DNA from: Candidatus Saccharimonadota bacterium
Lineage (GTDB): Bacteria; Patescibacteriota; Microgenomatia; UBA1406; GWC2-37-13
DNA length: 32,000 bases
NCBI GenBank assembly: GCA_016432445.1
Contig: CP066689.1
Coordinates: 1 to 32,000, forward strand
Direction: 5' to 3'
The notes below the pieces were generated by a model that was not told the DNA's origin, ran no database searches, and saw nothing but the letters and a program-made list of their open reading frames with translations. The translations under genes and the position numbers were made by a program. Positions 8,482-16,225 of this stretch are shown here, piece after piece (the first letter of the stretch is position 1; every line of letters starts with the position of its first letter).

Positions 8482-9345
8482 ATGAAAAAAGGTTTTACCC
8501 TGCTTGAAATCACTATAGTTGTGGCTCTTCTGGCTGTCGTGGCCGCTGTTATTTTAGTTATTCTTAATCCTTGGGCACAGATAGCCAAATCTCATGACGC
8601 CAAAAGAAAAGCTGATCTTGCCGCTTTGCAAAAAGCCCTTGAAGAATGGTACAACGATAAAGGCTGCTACCCCAAACCAGATGAGATCTGCTATAATGAC
8701 CCGGTTAAGGTTTGTCAAACTAACCTTGGAGCTCTTAACACTAGATCTTTTGTTTCACAGATCTGCAATATCTGCGGAAATGAAAATACTCCCCCAAATC
8801 AATCTCCTTCTTTCTCTCCTTATCTATCCCAACTTCCCTGCGATCCCAAGCACCCAAATAAAAAATATCTTTATGAAGTAGAGTCTGACCCCGCAAAAAA
8901 TAAAGACGCTAATCCGCCTGTAACCTGTAATGATAATAACGCAGATATAACTAACCCCTGCCCTTCCTGGTATCGGATTTACTCAGAATTAGGAAGTTTA
9001 ACAGGAGGCAAGCTTTCCCAAGATGATAATTATTGCGGTATCAATGGATGCGGATTGCCATTAAGATCTTTGCCAACTCCCACCATTTCTCCCTATCCTT
9101 TTGGTTTTGGTTATGGCATAAGCAGTCCAAATAAACGCCCTTTTAGTTATAGAGATACTACTGACCCAGATATTTATTGTCTTAATAACTCACAAATGTG
9201 TAATTCTTGCGGCGCCGACTATAATATATGTTGGGATAAAACACAAAATAATGGCCCATGCTCTACCTATAAACAAATATATTCCTCAAAATGTAGCTGC
9301 TGTAAAACTACTGGCACGTGTCCACTCCCACTTGGTTGCATATAG
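8482..9345 (+). CDS. type IV pilin-like (prepilin N-terminal cleavage/methylation motif) Cys-rich protein
   Basis: The N-terminus MKKG/FTLLEITIVVALLAVVAAVIL has the class III signal peptide (G-F-T-L-L-E) followed by a hydrophobic helix. The 287-aa protein has about 20 Cys, clustered at the C-terminus (CSCCKTTGTCPLPLGC). Confidence 0.8.
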   Translation: MKKGFTLLEITIVVALLAVVAAVILVILNPWAQIAKSHDAKRKADLAALQKALEEWYNDKGCYPKPDEICYNDPVKVCQTNLGALNTRSFVSQICNICGNENTPPNQSPSFSPYLSQLPCDPKHPNKKYLYEVESDPAKNKDANPPVTCNDNNADITNPCPSWYRIYSELGSLTGGKLSQDDNYCGINGCGLPLRSLPTPTISPYPFGFGYGISSPNKRPFSYRDTTDPDIYCLNNSQMCNSCGADYNICWDKTQNNGPCSTYKQIYSSKCSCCKTTGTCPLPLGCI

Positions 9346-9356
9346 TTTATATAATC

Positions 9357-10415
9357 TTATTTCAAAAAACTTTGCGGGTTAAGAAGTGTTCCACCCAGTC
9401 TTATCTCAAAATGAAGATGCGTGCCGGTTGATCTTCCAGTTGAACCCATATTGCCGACCTTTTGTCCTTGAGAAACAACCTGTCCGGCCGACACGTCAAA
9501 GGAAGATAAATGTCCATAAAGAGTTTGGTAACCATTGCCATGATCAACAGTAATGTAACACCCATATCCCCAGCTAATACATCCGGCATAAGTTACAGTA
9601 CCAGTATCTGAAGCTATAATGGCAGGCGCTGACGGATTGGCAATATCAAGCGCCATATGGTACCAAACAGGATATTGAGTAATTATGCCTGAGGTCGGCC
9701 AGATAAAGTTTGATGACCCTTTAACTCCAGCTTGAATAGTCGCTATAAATTGCTGGTAACGCGGCTGCTCTTCCTCTACTACTCCATCAGGTACATAAAG
9801 AACTTGACCGGCTGTCAAGCTGAAATTTTCAAGATCGCTAAACTCATTAAATGGAAAGTTGACAATTTTCTGGGCATCAGTTTTGTATTTTTTGGCAATG
9901 CTGTAAATATTATCGCCGGAGTTTACTTTGTGGACTACCCCCGTGATCGGAGGGATTTTCAGTTTTTGACCTGGTTTTATATCATCAGTTTTTAAATCAT
10001 TAGCCCATTTGATTGTATCAACTGAAACGTCAAATTTATTAGCTACCCCACTTAAAGTATCGCCGCCTAGCACCTCGTACTCAACGACTTTGTCGCGCGG
10101 CTTGGCTGAGATAACTGTTGAAAGTGAGTTTTCTGATGGATTATATGCAACAACTAAAGCTTGATATTTCCCGGTTGATTGATCAAGTGAGTTGATAAAT
10201 GGATTATTTTCCGCTATGGCAGGACCTCCGATTATGGCTGCTGCCACTAACACAAAAAAAGAAGTATTTAAAAAAGATGTTGAGTATTTGCCGCGCTTAA
10301 CAATAAGAAAAGCCACCACTACATCTTTAAACTGCTCAAATCTCTGACCAAAGTCCCACACCCTTGACTTGAGATAGTCTTTAAAAAATAACAGGAATAA
10401 CCGCAGCTCATCCAT
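9357..10415 (-). CDS. LysM-domain M23 family metallopeptidase
   Basis: N-terminal TM segment and two LysM-like repeats (GDTLSGVANKFDVSVDTIKWAN; GDNIYSIAKKYKTDAQKIV). C-terminal M23 motifs HMALDIA and GSTGRSTGTHLHFEI. Confidence 0.85.
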   Translation of the reverse strand: MDELRLFLLFFKDYLKSRVWDFGQRFEQFKDVVVAFLIVKRGKYSTSFLNTSFFVLVAAAIIGGPAIAENNPFINSLDQSTGKYQALVVAYNPSENSLSTVISAKPRDKVVEYEVLGGDTLSGVANKFDVSVDTIKWANDLKTDDIKPGQKLKIPPITGVVHKVNSGDNIYSIAKKYKTDAQKIVNFPFNEFSDLENFSLTAGQVLYVPDGVVEEEQPRYQQFIATIQAGVKGSSNFIWPTSGIITQYPVWYHMALDIANPSAPAIIASDTGTVTYAGCISWGYGCYITVDHGNGYQTLYGHLSSFDVSAGQVVSQGQKVGNMGSTGRSTGTHLHFEIRLGGTLLNPQSFLK

Positions 10416-10506
10416 AAAGTATGGTTATATTATACTAAATAACTTCACTTTCCTCACGATTGTTGAATATAATCCATTGCTTACTCACTTACTAATCGTC
10501 ATAATT

Positions 10507-10540
10507 TGATTCATGATTCACGATTCAGGATTCATGAATA
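10507..10540. repeat. family B heptamer array (NGATTCA units)
   Basis: tgattca tgattca cgattca ggattca tgaata. Overlaps the 5' end of the four-helix-bundle ORF. Confidence 0.85.
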
Positions 10541-10955
10541 TTATGAATAATACTAATAATTTGCCTACCACTACGAAAATTCGAGAGTTTACGGATTTAA
10601 AAGCTTGGCAAGAAAGCCATAAATTAGTAATTTTAATTTATAAAGTTACAAGAGACTTCCCAGAAAATGAAAAATATTCTCTTGTTGATCAAATGAGAAG
10701 ATCGTGTCAATTACAAGTAATATTGTTGAAGGATTTGGACGACAAACCTATAAAGATAAGATTCATTTTTACTATCAAGCACAAGGATCTTTAACAGAGC
10801 TTAAAAATCAACTTCTACTTGCAAAAGATATCAATTATCTTAAAGAACCTCATGTTCACCAATCTTTTAAACAAATCACATCAGCTCATCAATTACTTCA
10901 AGGCCTTATCAGGAAATCTAAATCTTTTTTAAAACTCGTGAATCATGAATCTTAA
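10513..10955 (+). pseudogene. four-helix-bundle protein (23S rRNA intervening-sequence protein family), frameshifted
   Basis: Two overlapping ORFs in different frames (10513..10794 and 10704..10955) together give the family pattern: FTDLKAWQESHKLVILIYKVTRDFP...EKYSLVDQMRRS / SITSNIVEGFGRQTYKDKIHFYYQAQGSLTELKNQL. The frame breaks near 10702-10706. It could also be a sequencing error. Confidence 0.7.
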
Positions 10956-10967
10956 ATCATGAATCGC
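10937..10967. repeat. family B heptamer array, complementary orientation (CATGAAT units)
   Basis: cgtgaat catgaat cttaaat catgaat cgc. Inverted relative to 10507..10540. Contains the stop codon of the four-helix ORF, and 23 nt are identical to part of 13116..13185. Confidence 0.85.
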
Positions 10968-10976
10968 TAATTTATT

Positions 10977-13088
10977 TTACGGGCTGACCTCTTTAGGCAA
11001 TTTCACCTTTGGCTCTACTGTGGCCACAGGCGGAGTCGGCAGACTTAACTGCTGAGCCGCATTAACTTCACTGCTTTTAGTGGCTGATTCTTCTTCTTTT
11101 GGCAGTTTCTTTTTAAACTCATCTATCTCACTTTGAGCTCGTTTATAATCTGCCTCATCTTTTTTAGGGTTAAGGAGTGACAGAACACTTTGCATCTCGT
11201 TTACGGCTCGCTGGTAATCTCCTTTTTGATAAGCCGCCCAAGCTAAGTTATAGTGAGCGTTACTCCAATCAGGCTTTAAGGCTGTAGATTGCTCAAAAAT
11301 TTTAAGGGCTTCATCAAAATTATTTAGTGAATAAAATACTCCTCCTAAGTTTAAGCGATAAATCGGGTTTTGAGGATCAAGAACTATGGCTCTTTGATAA
11401 GCCGAGATCGTCCAGACATCAGCCCCTTGGGCAACAAAAAGAATATTTCTGTAAATATTAGCCAAGTTTTCCCAGTTGCTGGCTTTTTGTGGATTTAACG
11501 CAGCCGCAGCCTTAGCCTCAGCAATGGCGGCTTGAATGGCTTGGGAGATAGTCTGTCTATCCTGATCGCTTAATTGTGGTTTTTCAGCCGGCTTGCCCGC
11601 CGTAGCTTCAGCGGAAGGGGATGCTTTTGCAGCAATATTATTAGCAAATAAAAGATTAGTCTGGGAAAAATTAATTCTATATCTTTCAATATATGGATTG
11701 AGGATAATGGCTGTTCTCTGATTCTCATACAAATCTTTCATGTTATTGGCTACAATCCCATCAATTGATTTTTTAAAGTTATATTCAGCCGCATAAGTAC
11801 GAAGGAGTCCATAGATTGAAAAGCCGACAAAAATAAAAGCTATGGCAGCCATACCTAAATACACCGGCAGGAATTGGTAAAGATTAACATCAGTAACGCC
11901 AGTATGACCCTCCTGCTTGTGGCTGTTTAAAGTAATAATCATCATGAAAAATAAAAACACAATCGCTAAAGAGGGCGGGAAAATAAAAACTACAGCCATT
12001 AGATAAACTAATGGCAACCAGTTAACAACAGACTGGCCTTGATGTTTTACTTTCTGTACCATCTCACGAATTAAAGCTAAGATAATCAATCCAAAAGCCA
12101 CTAGCCCGAATACCCCTAATTCCGTGAAAACATGAAGCAAGGTTGAACGGCTGGCATTAAATGATTGTATCTGCCATGAAGATGAGGCATTGTAAAAAAT
12201 ATCTTTTGACTGGGTAAATATAGATGAAAAATTATCAACACCTATGCCAAAAAGAGCAGTCATCGGGTTTTTCAATACCTCAACAGCTGCATACCAGGAA
12301 ATGGAAAGAGGAGGAAACAACAGCTGATTATTAGCTATCGGTTTTACAATATTGAAAACCGAAAGAGCAAAAGCCGAAGCAATGATAAGTAAAGATAAAA
12401 CTGTTGGAAACAGTTTTGGTAAAGCGCGGTTAGAATCGGAAACACTTTTTCTTGAGAGTATGCGAACTGCGAGTAAAACTGTGAAAAAACCAAGAAAAAT
12501 ACTTAAGTCAAGCAAAGAACCAAAGGTATTAAAATTTTCCGCTTTTAAAAACTGCAAAGCTGCCGGCAGACTGGCTGATTTTAAAGGCTGAAAAAAAGAA
12601 ATGATAGTTATAATCGAAACAATAACTGTTGATAGCGACAAAAGATCCAAAAGTCTATTGCCTTTTGAAAACTTGTCCTGCGCCGAGTCGAAGGATTCTT
12701 TTAAGATGTTAGTTACTCCGCTTCTTGATAAGTAAAAATAAAGGATGGTAAAAGATAATATGGCTACTAAACCCAAATTAGGATTAAGAAGAGCCTGAAT
12801 TTTATTGGGAGAAGATAAAAGGGTTGAAAGGATAACTGTGAGCAAAAAAAGCAAAACCGTATTGTCAAATGTGCCTTTGCTCCAAACAAACCGCTTGGTA
12901 ATTATAAACTCAACTGCTGATACGGCCACTAAAATAATCGCTCCAAATGCCAATAAATAAAGTTTATTGGTCACAAAAAAATCCTGAGTTATGGGCAGAA
13001 AGAATAAGGGAAAAAGAAAAACTATTGCCAATAATACAAAGGATTTTATTGATTGGAAAACAGACGAATCTTTAGCGGCATTTGACAT
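10977..13088 (-). CDS. O-antigen ligase-like polytopic membrane protein with C-terminal TPR repeats
   Basis: About 10 or more TM segments with a Wzy_C-like segment (LLHVFTELGVFGLVAFG). C-terminal TPR-like repeats (AISAYQRAIVLDPQNP..., ALKIFEQSTALKPDWSNAHYNLAWAAYQKGDYQRA). Carries one in-frame repeat-derived segment, ESFDSAQDKFSKG (about 12668-12700). Confidence 0.65.
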   Translation of the reverse strand: MSNAAKDSSVFQSIKSFVLLAIVFLFPLFFLPITQDFFVTNKLYLLAFGAIILVAVSAVEFIITKRFVWSKGTFDNTVLLFLLTVILSTLLSSPNKIQALLNPNLGLVAILSFTILYFYLSRSGVTNILKESFDSAQDKFSKGNRLLDLLSLSTVIVSIITIISFFQPLKSASLPAALQFLKAENFNTFGSLLDLSIFLGFFTVLLAVRILSRKSVSDSNRALPKLFPTVLSLLIIASAFALSVFNIVKPIANNQLLFPPLSISWYAAVEVLKNPMTALFGIGVDNFSSIFTQSKDIFYNASSSWQIQSFNASRSTLLHVFTELGVFGLVAFGLIILALIREMVQKVKHQGQSVVNWLPLVYLMAVVFIFPPSLAIVFLFFMMIITLNSHKQEGHTGVTDVNLYQFLPVYLGMAAIAFIFVGFSIYGLLRTYAAEYNFKKSIDGIVANNMKDLYENQRTAIILNPYIERYRINFSQTNLLFANNIAAKASPSAEATAGKPAEKPQLSDQDRQTISQAIQAAIAEAKAAAALNPQKASNWENLANIYRNILFVAQGADVWTISAYQRAIVLDPQNPIYRLNLGGVFYSLNNFDEALKIFEQSTALKPDWSNAHYNLAWAAYQKGDYQRAVNEMQSVLSLLNPKKDEADYKRAQSEIDEFKKKLPKEEESATKSSEVNAAQQLSLPTPPVATVEPKVKLPKEVSP

Positions 13089-13115
13089 ATATTTTATAAA
13101 TAAAAACTTTTAATC

Positions 13116-13185
13116 TGATTCAGGATTCAAGATCCATGATTCACGAACGTAAAATTCATGAATCTTAAATCATGAATCGTGAATC
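13116..13185. repeat. family B heptamer hairpin array
   Basis: tgattca ggattca agatcca tgattca cgaacgt aaaattc atgaatc ttaaatc atgaatc gtgaatc. The arms gattcacg / cgtgaatc pair. Confidence 0.85.
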
Positions 13186-13206
13186 TTTTTCTAATATGGT
13201 TCATTC

Positions 13207-13235
13207 AGTTTAGACTGTGAAAAAAATAATGTCAA
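13207..13235 (-). promoter_or_regulatory. candidate sigma70-like promoter (minus strand) upstream of the O-antigen-ligase-like gene
   Basis: Minus strand reads TTGACA (13235-13230), 17 nt, then TAAACT (13212-13207). This would give a ~110-nt leader containing the family B hairpin. Confidence 0.3.
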
Positions 13236-13310
13236 GAACAAAAATCAGTTATGAGTTTTGAGTTATGAGTTCTGGGCTATCCCCACAACCCAAAACCCAC
13301 AACCCATAAC
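13236..13310 (-). terminator. intrinsic terminator of trxB, built from a family E heptamer hairpin
   Basis: The two 29-nt arms (13248-13276 and 13282-13310) have a 5-nt loop and start 6 nt after the trxB stop. On the minus-strand RNA I count 23 Watson-Crick and 3 G-U pairs, followed by UGAUUUUUGUUCUU. Confidence 0.6.
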
Positions 13311-13316
13311 CAGTTA

Positions 13317-14402
13317 TTAAGAACTCATCTCCAGCCATTTCTCAATCTCAAGTGCCGCGGCCGCTCCCATGCCTGCGGCAGTTATAGCCTGACTGTAAAT
13401 ATGATCAACACAATCACCGGCCGCAAAAACACCTTCAACCGAAGTCATTGAAGGTGAGTGGAAATTAAATTTTTTAATCCCGTCGGTATCATGGGTAAGA
13501 ACATTTTCTTTCGAAGACCTTGCCTGCCGGCAGGCAGGTCTAAGATCTAAGATCGATGATCCAATTTTTTTTGCCATCTCCTCTGCCTTTTTAGCGGCTG
13601 TCACAATATAGCCATGTTCATCAAGTACGGGCGTATTGCCATACGCCCCTACATTAAGAAAATCCGTATCCGGTTTGTGACCAATGGCAATAAATAAGCC
13701 ATCAAGCTTTAGCTCTTTTTCTCCTTCTGCAGTAACTAACCTTACCCCTTCAACCTTTTTCTCCCCTATGACATCAGCCACCACCGCATTGTAAATAATC
13801 TCAATCTTAGGATTAGCCGTGACTCTTTCCTGCATAATCTTTGAAGCTTTAAATTTATCTCTTCGGTGAATAAGATAAACTTTGGCAGCAAACTTTGTCA
13901 AGGTTAGCGCCTCCTCCATAGCCGCATCCCCGCCGCCAACAACTCCTACAGTTTTTCCTTTGAAAAAAAATCCGTCGCAGGTCGCACAGGCCGAGATACC
14001 GTATCCACGAAGTCTTGTCTCTGCTTCCAAACCCAACCACATGGCTCTGGCGCCGGTAGCAATTAATATTGATTTGGCTAAGATCTTAGATCTAAGATCT
14101 TGGATCTGAGAAGGATATATTTCAAACGGCCTTTTGGAAAAATCAACCTTAACTATATTCTCATTTACAATTCTTGTTCCTAATTTTTCCGCCTGACTTC
14201 TCATTTTCTCAACCAATTCAGGTCCTGGAATCCGTTCAAAACCCGCATAATTTTCAACATCCGAAGTAAGCATCAGCTGACCGCCTGGAGGAGAACCGGC
14301 AAACAAAAGAGGATCAAGATTGGCCCGGGCAGTATAAATAGCCGCTGAAAGTCCGGCCGGCCCCCCACCTATTATTACAACATCCTCAATTTTGTTTGTC
14401 AT
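13317..14402 (-). CDS. trxB: thioredoxin-disulfide reductase
   Basis: VVIIGGGPAGLSAAIY (FAD), CATC redox centre in ISACATCDGFFF, GGGDAAMEEA (NADPH), HRRDKFKAS, GVFAAGDCVDHIYSQAITAAGMG. The ATG at 14402 (MTNKIED) is preferred over the track TTG at 14414, which lies in the repeat. Contains two repeat-derived inserts. Confidence 0.9.
   Translation of the reverse strand: MTNKIEDVVIIGGGPAGLSAAIYTARANLDPLLFAGSPPGGQLMLTSDVENYAGFERIPGPELVEKMRSQAEKLGTRIVNENIVKVDFSKRPFEIYPSQIQDLRSKILAKSILIATGARAMWLGLEAETRLRGYGISACATCDGFFFKGKTVGVVGGGDAAMEEALTLTKFAAKVYLIHRRDKFKASKIMQERVTANPKIEIIYNAVVADVIGEKKVEGVRLVTAEGEKELKLDGLFIAIGHKPDTDFLNVGAYGNTPVLDEHGYIVTAAKKAEEMAKKIGSSILDLRPACRQARSSKENVLTHDTDGIKKFNFHSPSMTSVEGVFAAGDCVDHIYSQAITAAGMGAAAALEIEKWLEMSS
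13517..13562. repeat. 25-nt palindrome plus family C units, in-frame in trxB
   Basis: gaccttgcctgcc|ggcaggcaggtc (1-nt bulge) followed by taagatctaagatcgatga. Encodes SSILDLRPACRQARSS within a ~40-aa segment absent from E. coli TrxB. Confidence 0.8.
14079..14110. repeat. family C heptamer array in-frame in trxB
   Basis: taagatc ttagatc taagatc ttggatc tgag, which on the coding strand gives QIQDLRSKILA. Confidence 0.85.
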
Positions 14403-14406
14403 ATTT

Positions 14407-14486
14407 TGATTCAAGATTTATGATTCACGATTCATGAATAAAATATCTAATTATTTCTTGAATCATGAATCCTGAATCGTGAATCG
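14407..14486. repeat. family B heptamer hairpin array
   Basis: Left arm tgattca agattta tgattca cgattca tgaata, right arm cttgaat catgaat cctgaat cgtgaat cg. Lies between the trxB start and the upstream gene's stop. Confidence 0.85.
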
Positions 14487-14492
14487 ATTGTA

Positions 14493-14720
14493 TTATAAAT
14501 TAATTGCTCTTTCAATCATCTTCATTATTTTTTTACTGCTTTTTTCGGGAAGGTGGGCAGAGATATCATTAATGACAATTTCTTTGGAGAGTCCGTCTAT
14601 GGCTTTTTTAACTGCCGAGACTTGCTGAAGAATATCTGATACTTCTCTTTTGCTTTGAGTCATCTTCTGAATTCCCTTAAGCTGACCAATAATCCTATTT
14701 ATTCTTTGAGTCAAGTCCAT
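14493..14720 (-). CDS. CsoR/RcnR/FrmR-family (DUF156) transcriptional repressor, Cys-less variant
   Basis: MDLTQRINRIIGQLKGIQKM...DILQQVSAVKKAIDGL...HL fits the family helix pattern. The start at 14720 is preferred: TATAAT (14733-14728 on the minus strand) lies 7 nt upstream, and the track start at 14762 lies inside the family A repeat. Confidence 0.7.
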   Translation of the reverse strand: MDLTQRINRIIGQLKGIQKMTQSKREVSDILQQVSAVKKAIDGLSKEIVINDISAHLPEKSSKKIMKMIERAINL

Positions 14721-14740
14721 GAAAACCATTATATAACAAT

Positions 14741-14808
14741 AAATCCAAAATCTAAATTTCAAATGTCAAATGATTTTTTTGAAATTTGACATTTGGATTT
14801 TTACATTT
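14741..14808. repeat. family A heptamer hairpin array, likely rho terminator
   Basis: aaatccaaaatctaaatttcaaatgtcaaatg attttttt gaaatttgacatttggattttt. The core aatgtcaaat/atttgacatt is a perfect 10-bp stem. Confidence 0.8.
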
Positions 14809-14819
14809 GTTATTTGGAG

Positions 14820-16100
14820 TTAAGTCTTGAGGGTATCTAAAAAATCCTTATTAGTTTTAGTTTTCCCCAGCTTATCAATAAGAGCTGTTAATCTTTCTTC
14901 AGAGTTTAAAAGCCCAAGCATTCGGTGTAAGGTATTAATCTTTTTTTGTATGTCCTTATCAAATAAAAGCTCTTCATGGCGAGTGCCTGACTTTTCAACA
15001 TCAATGGCCGGAAAAATCCGCCTGTCGGCAAACTTTCGGTCAAGGTGTACTTCCATATTTCCAGTACCTTTAAACTCTTCATAAATAAGATCATCCATTC
15101 GTGATTCTGTGCCAACCAAAGCTGTCCCAATGATTGTCAAACTTCCACCTTCTTCACAATTTCGGGCCGCGCCCAAAAATTTTTTAGCGGGAAATAAAGC
15201 TGAAGGATCAAACCCTCCGCTTAAGGTTCTTCCTGATCCTGTCACTGACAAGTTAAAAGCTCGGGCCAAACGGGTGACTGAATCAAGAAGAACAATCACA
15301 TCATGGCCGAATTCAACTAGTCTTTTTGCCCGCTCTAAAGCCAGGTTAGCTACCTTAACCTGCTGACGGGGAGACTCATCAAAATTGGAAGCGGCTGTTT
15401 CACCCTTAATGAATCTTTTAATTTCTGTTACTTCTTCAGGCCGCTCACCAATTAAAATAGCCATTAATTTTGCCTCTGGATAATTTTGGGTAATACCCGA
15501 AGCCATTTCTTTTAAGAAGGTTGTTTTACCGGCTTTTGGCTGAGAAACAATAAGAGCTCTTTGACCAAAACCAACCGGAGCCACCAAATCAATTATTCTT
15601 GTTGATAAAATGTCTTGTTCAGTCTCAAGTTTGATTTGTTTGTTGGGATGAAGAGAGGTAAGCTGATCGAAGTTTTTTCTTTTGCGGCTTTCCTCCTCAG
15701 TCATTTCAACACCATTAATCTTTTTGATTAAAAGCAGACTATGAAAACGCTCTCCTTCTTTTGGAGGTCTAGCTAAACCTTCAACTTCATCCCCCCGTCT
15801 TAACCAAAATCTTCTAATTTGGGACGTTGAAACATAAATATCGCGGTCTGGGTTGATAACATAATCTTGACGCAGGAAACCATAACCTCCAAAAGTGATA
15901 TCAAGTATTCCTTTAGCCTGATAACTCATCTTTAAATCCTCTTTTAGCCTATCGTCAAAAGAGGAACTTTGTCCACCATCACTTGGGCTTAGAGAAAGTT
16001 CTTTTTTATCAACAGCTATAATTGGCTTTTCTTCATATTTATCTAATACTGAATCCACATCAAAGGACTCGTCATTAACATTTTTTTTAGTAGGTGACAT
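14820..16100 (-). CDS. rho: transcription termination factor Rho
   Basis: RNA-binding domain (GILDITFGGYGFLR, IYVSTSQIRRFWLRRGDEV), Walker A (SQPKAGKTTFL), LIGERPEEV, VLLDSVTRLARA, GSLTIIGTALV, EFKGTGNMEVHLDR. The ATG at 16100 (MSPTKK) is preferred because the track start at 16151 is repeat-encoded. Confidence 0.93.
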   Translation of the reverse strand: MSPTKKNVNDESFDVDSVLDKYEEKPIIAVDKKELSLSPSDGGQSSSFDDRLKEDLKMSYQAKGILDITFGGYGFLRQDYVINPDRDIYVSTSQIRRFWLRRGDEVEGLARPPKEGERFHSLLLIKKINGVEMTEEESRKRKNFDQLTSLHPNKQIKLETEQDILSTRIIDLVAPVGFGQRALIVSQPKAGKTTFLKEMASGITQNYPEAKLMAILIGERPEEVTEIKRFIKGETAASNFDESPRQQVKVANLALERAKRLVEFGHDVIVLLDSVTRLARAFNLSVTGSGRTLSGGFDPSALFPAKKFLGAARNCEEGGSLTIIGTALVGTESRMDDLIYEEFKGTGNMEVHLDRKFADRRIFPAIDVEKSGTRHEELLFDKDIQKKINTLHRMLGLLNSEERLTALIDKLGKTKTNKDFLDTLKT

Positions 16101-16136
16101 ATTATTTAAAATTTTTAATACGTAAATTACAAGAAA

Positions 16137-16223
16137 AAATCCAAATGTCAAAATCCAAATATCAAATTAATCCAAAATCCAAAACCTTTATCATTTGACA
16201 TTTGAGCTTTGTCATTTGGATTT
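16137..16223. repeat. family A heptamer hairpin array
   Basis: aaatccaaatgtcaaaatccaaatatcaaat ... tcatttgacatttgagctttgtcatttggattt. Confidence 0.8.
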
Positions 16224-16225
16224 AA

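Noticed and set aside
8594-15366. Other nested ORFs (8594..8881, 9401..9589, 9732..9995, 12352..12591, 13855..14040, 13882..14109, 14827..15084, 14906..15130, 15109..15366).
   Set aside because: Each overlaps a well-supported gene (pilin-like, M23 peptidase, O-antigen-ligase-like, trxB, rho) in another frame or strand, with no motif of its own.
16101-16151. N-terminal extensions in the six-frame track: rho to 16151, CsoR-like to 14762, trxB to 14414, VIT-like to 20048, thyA to 23664, dprA to 31500, rpiB from 29840, fmt from 16930, and the 24287 gene to 25117.
   Set aside because: The extensions are translations of heptamer arrays or spacers (for example MTFGFFLVIYVLKILNN). They often use TTG and add residues absent from the families. 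Internal ATGs give family-typical N-termini, and several have a -10 box 6-7 nt upstream.
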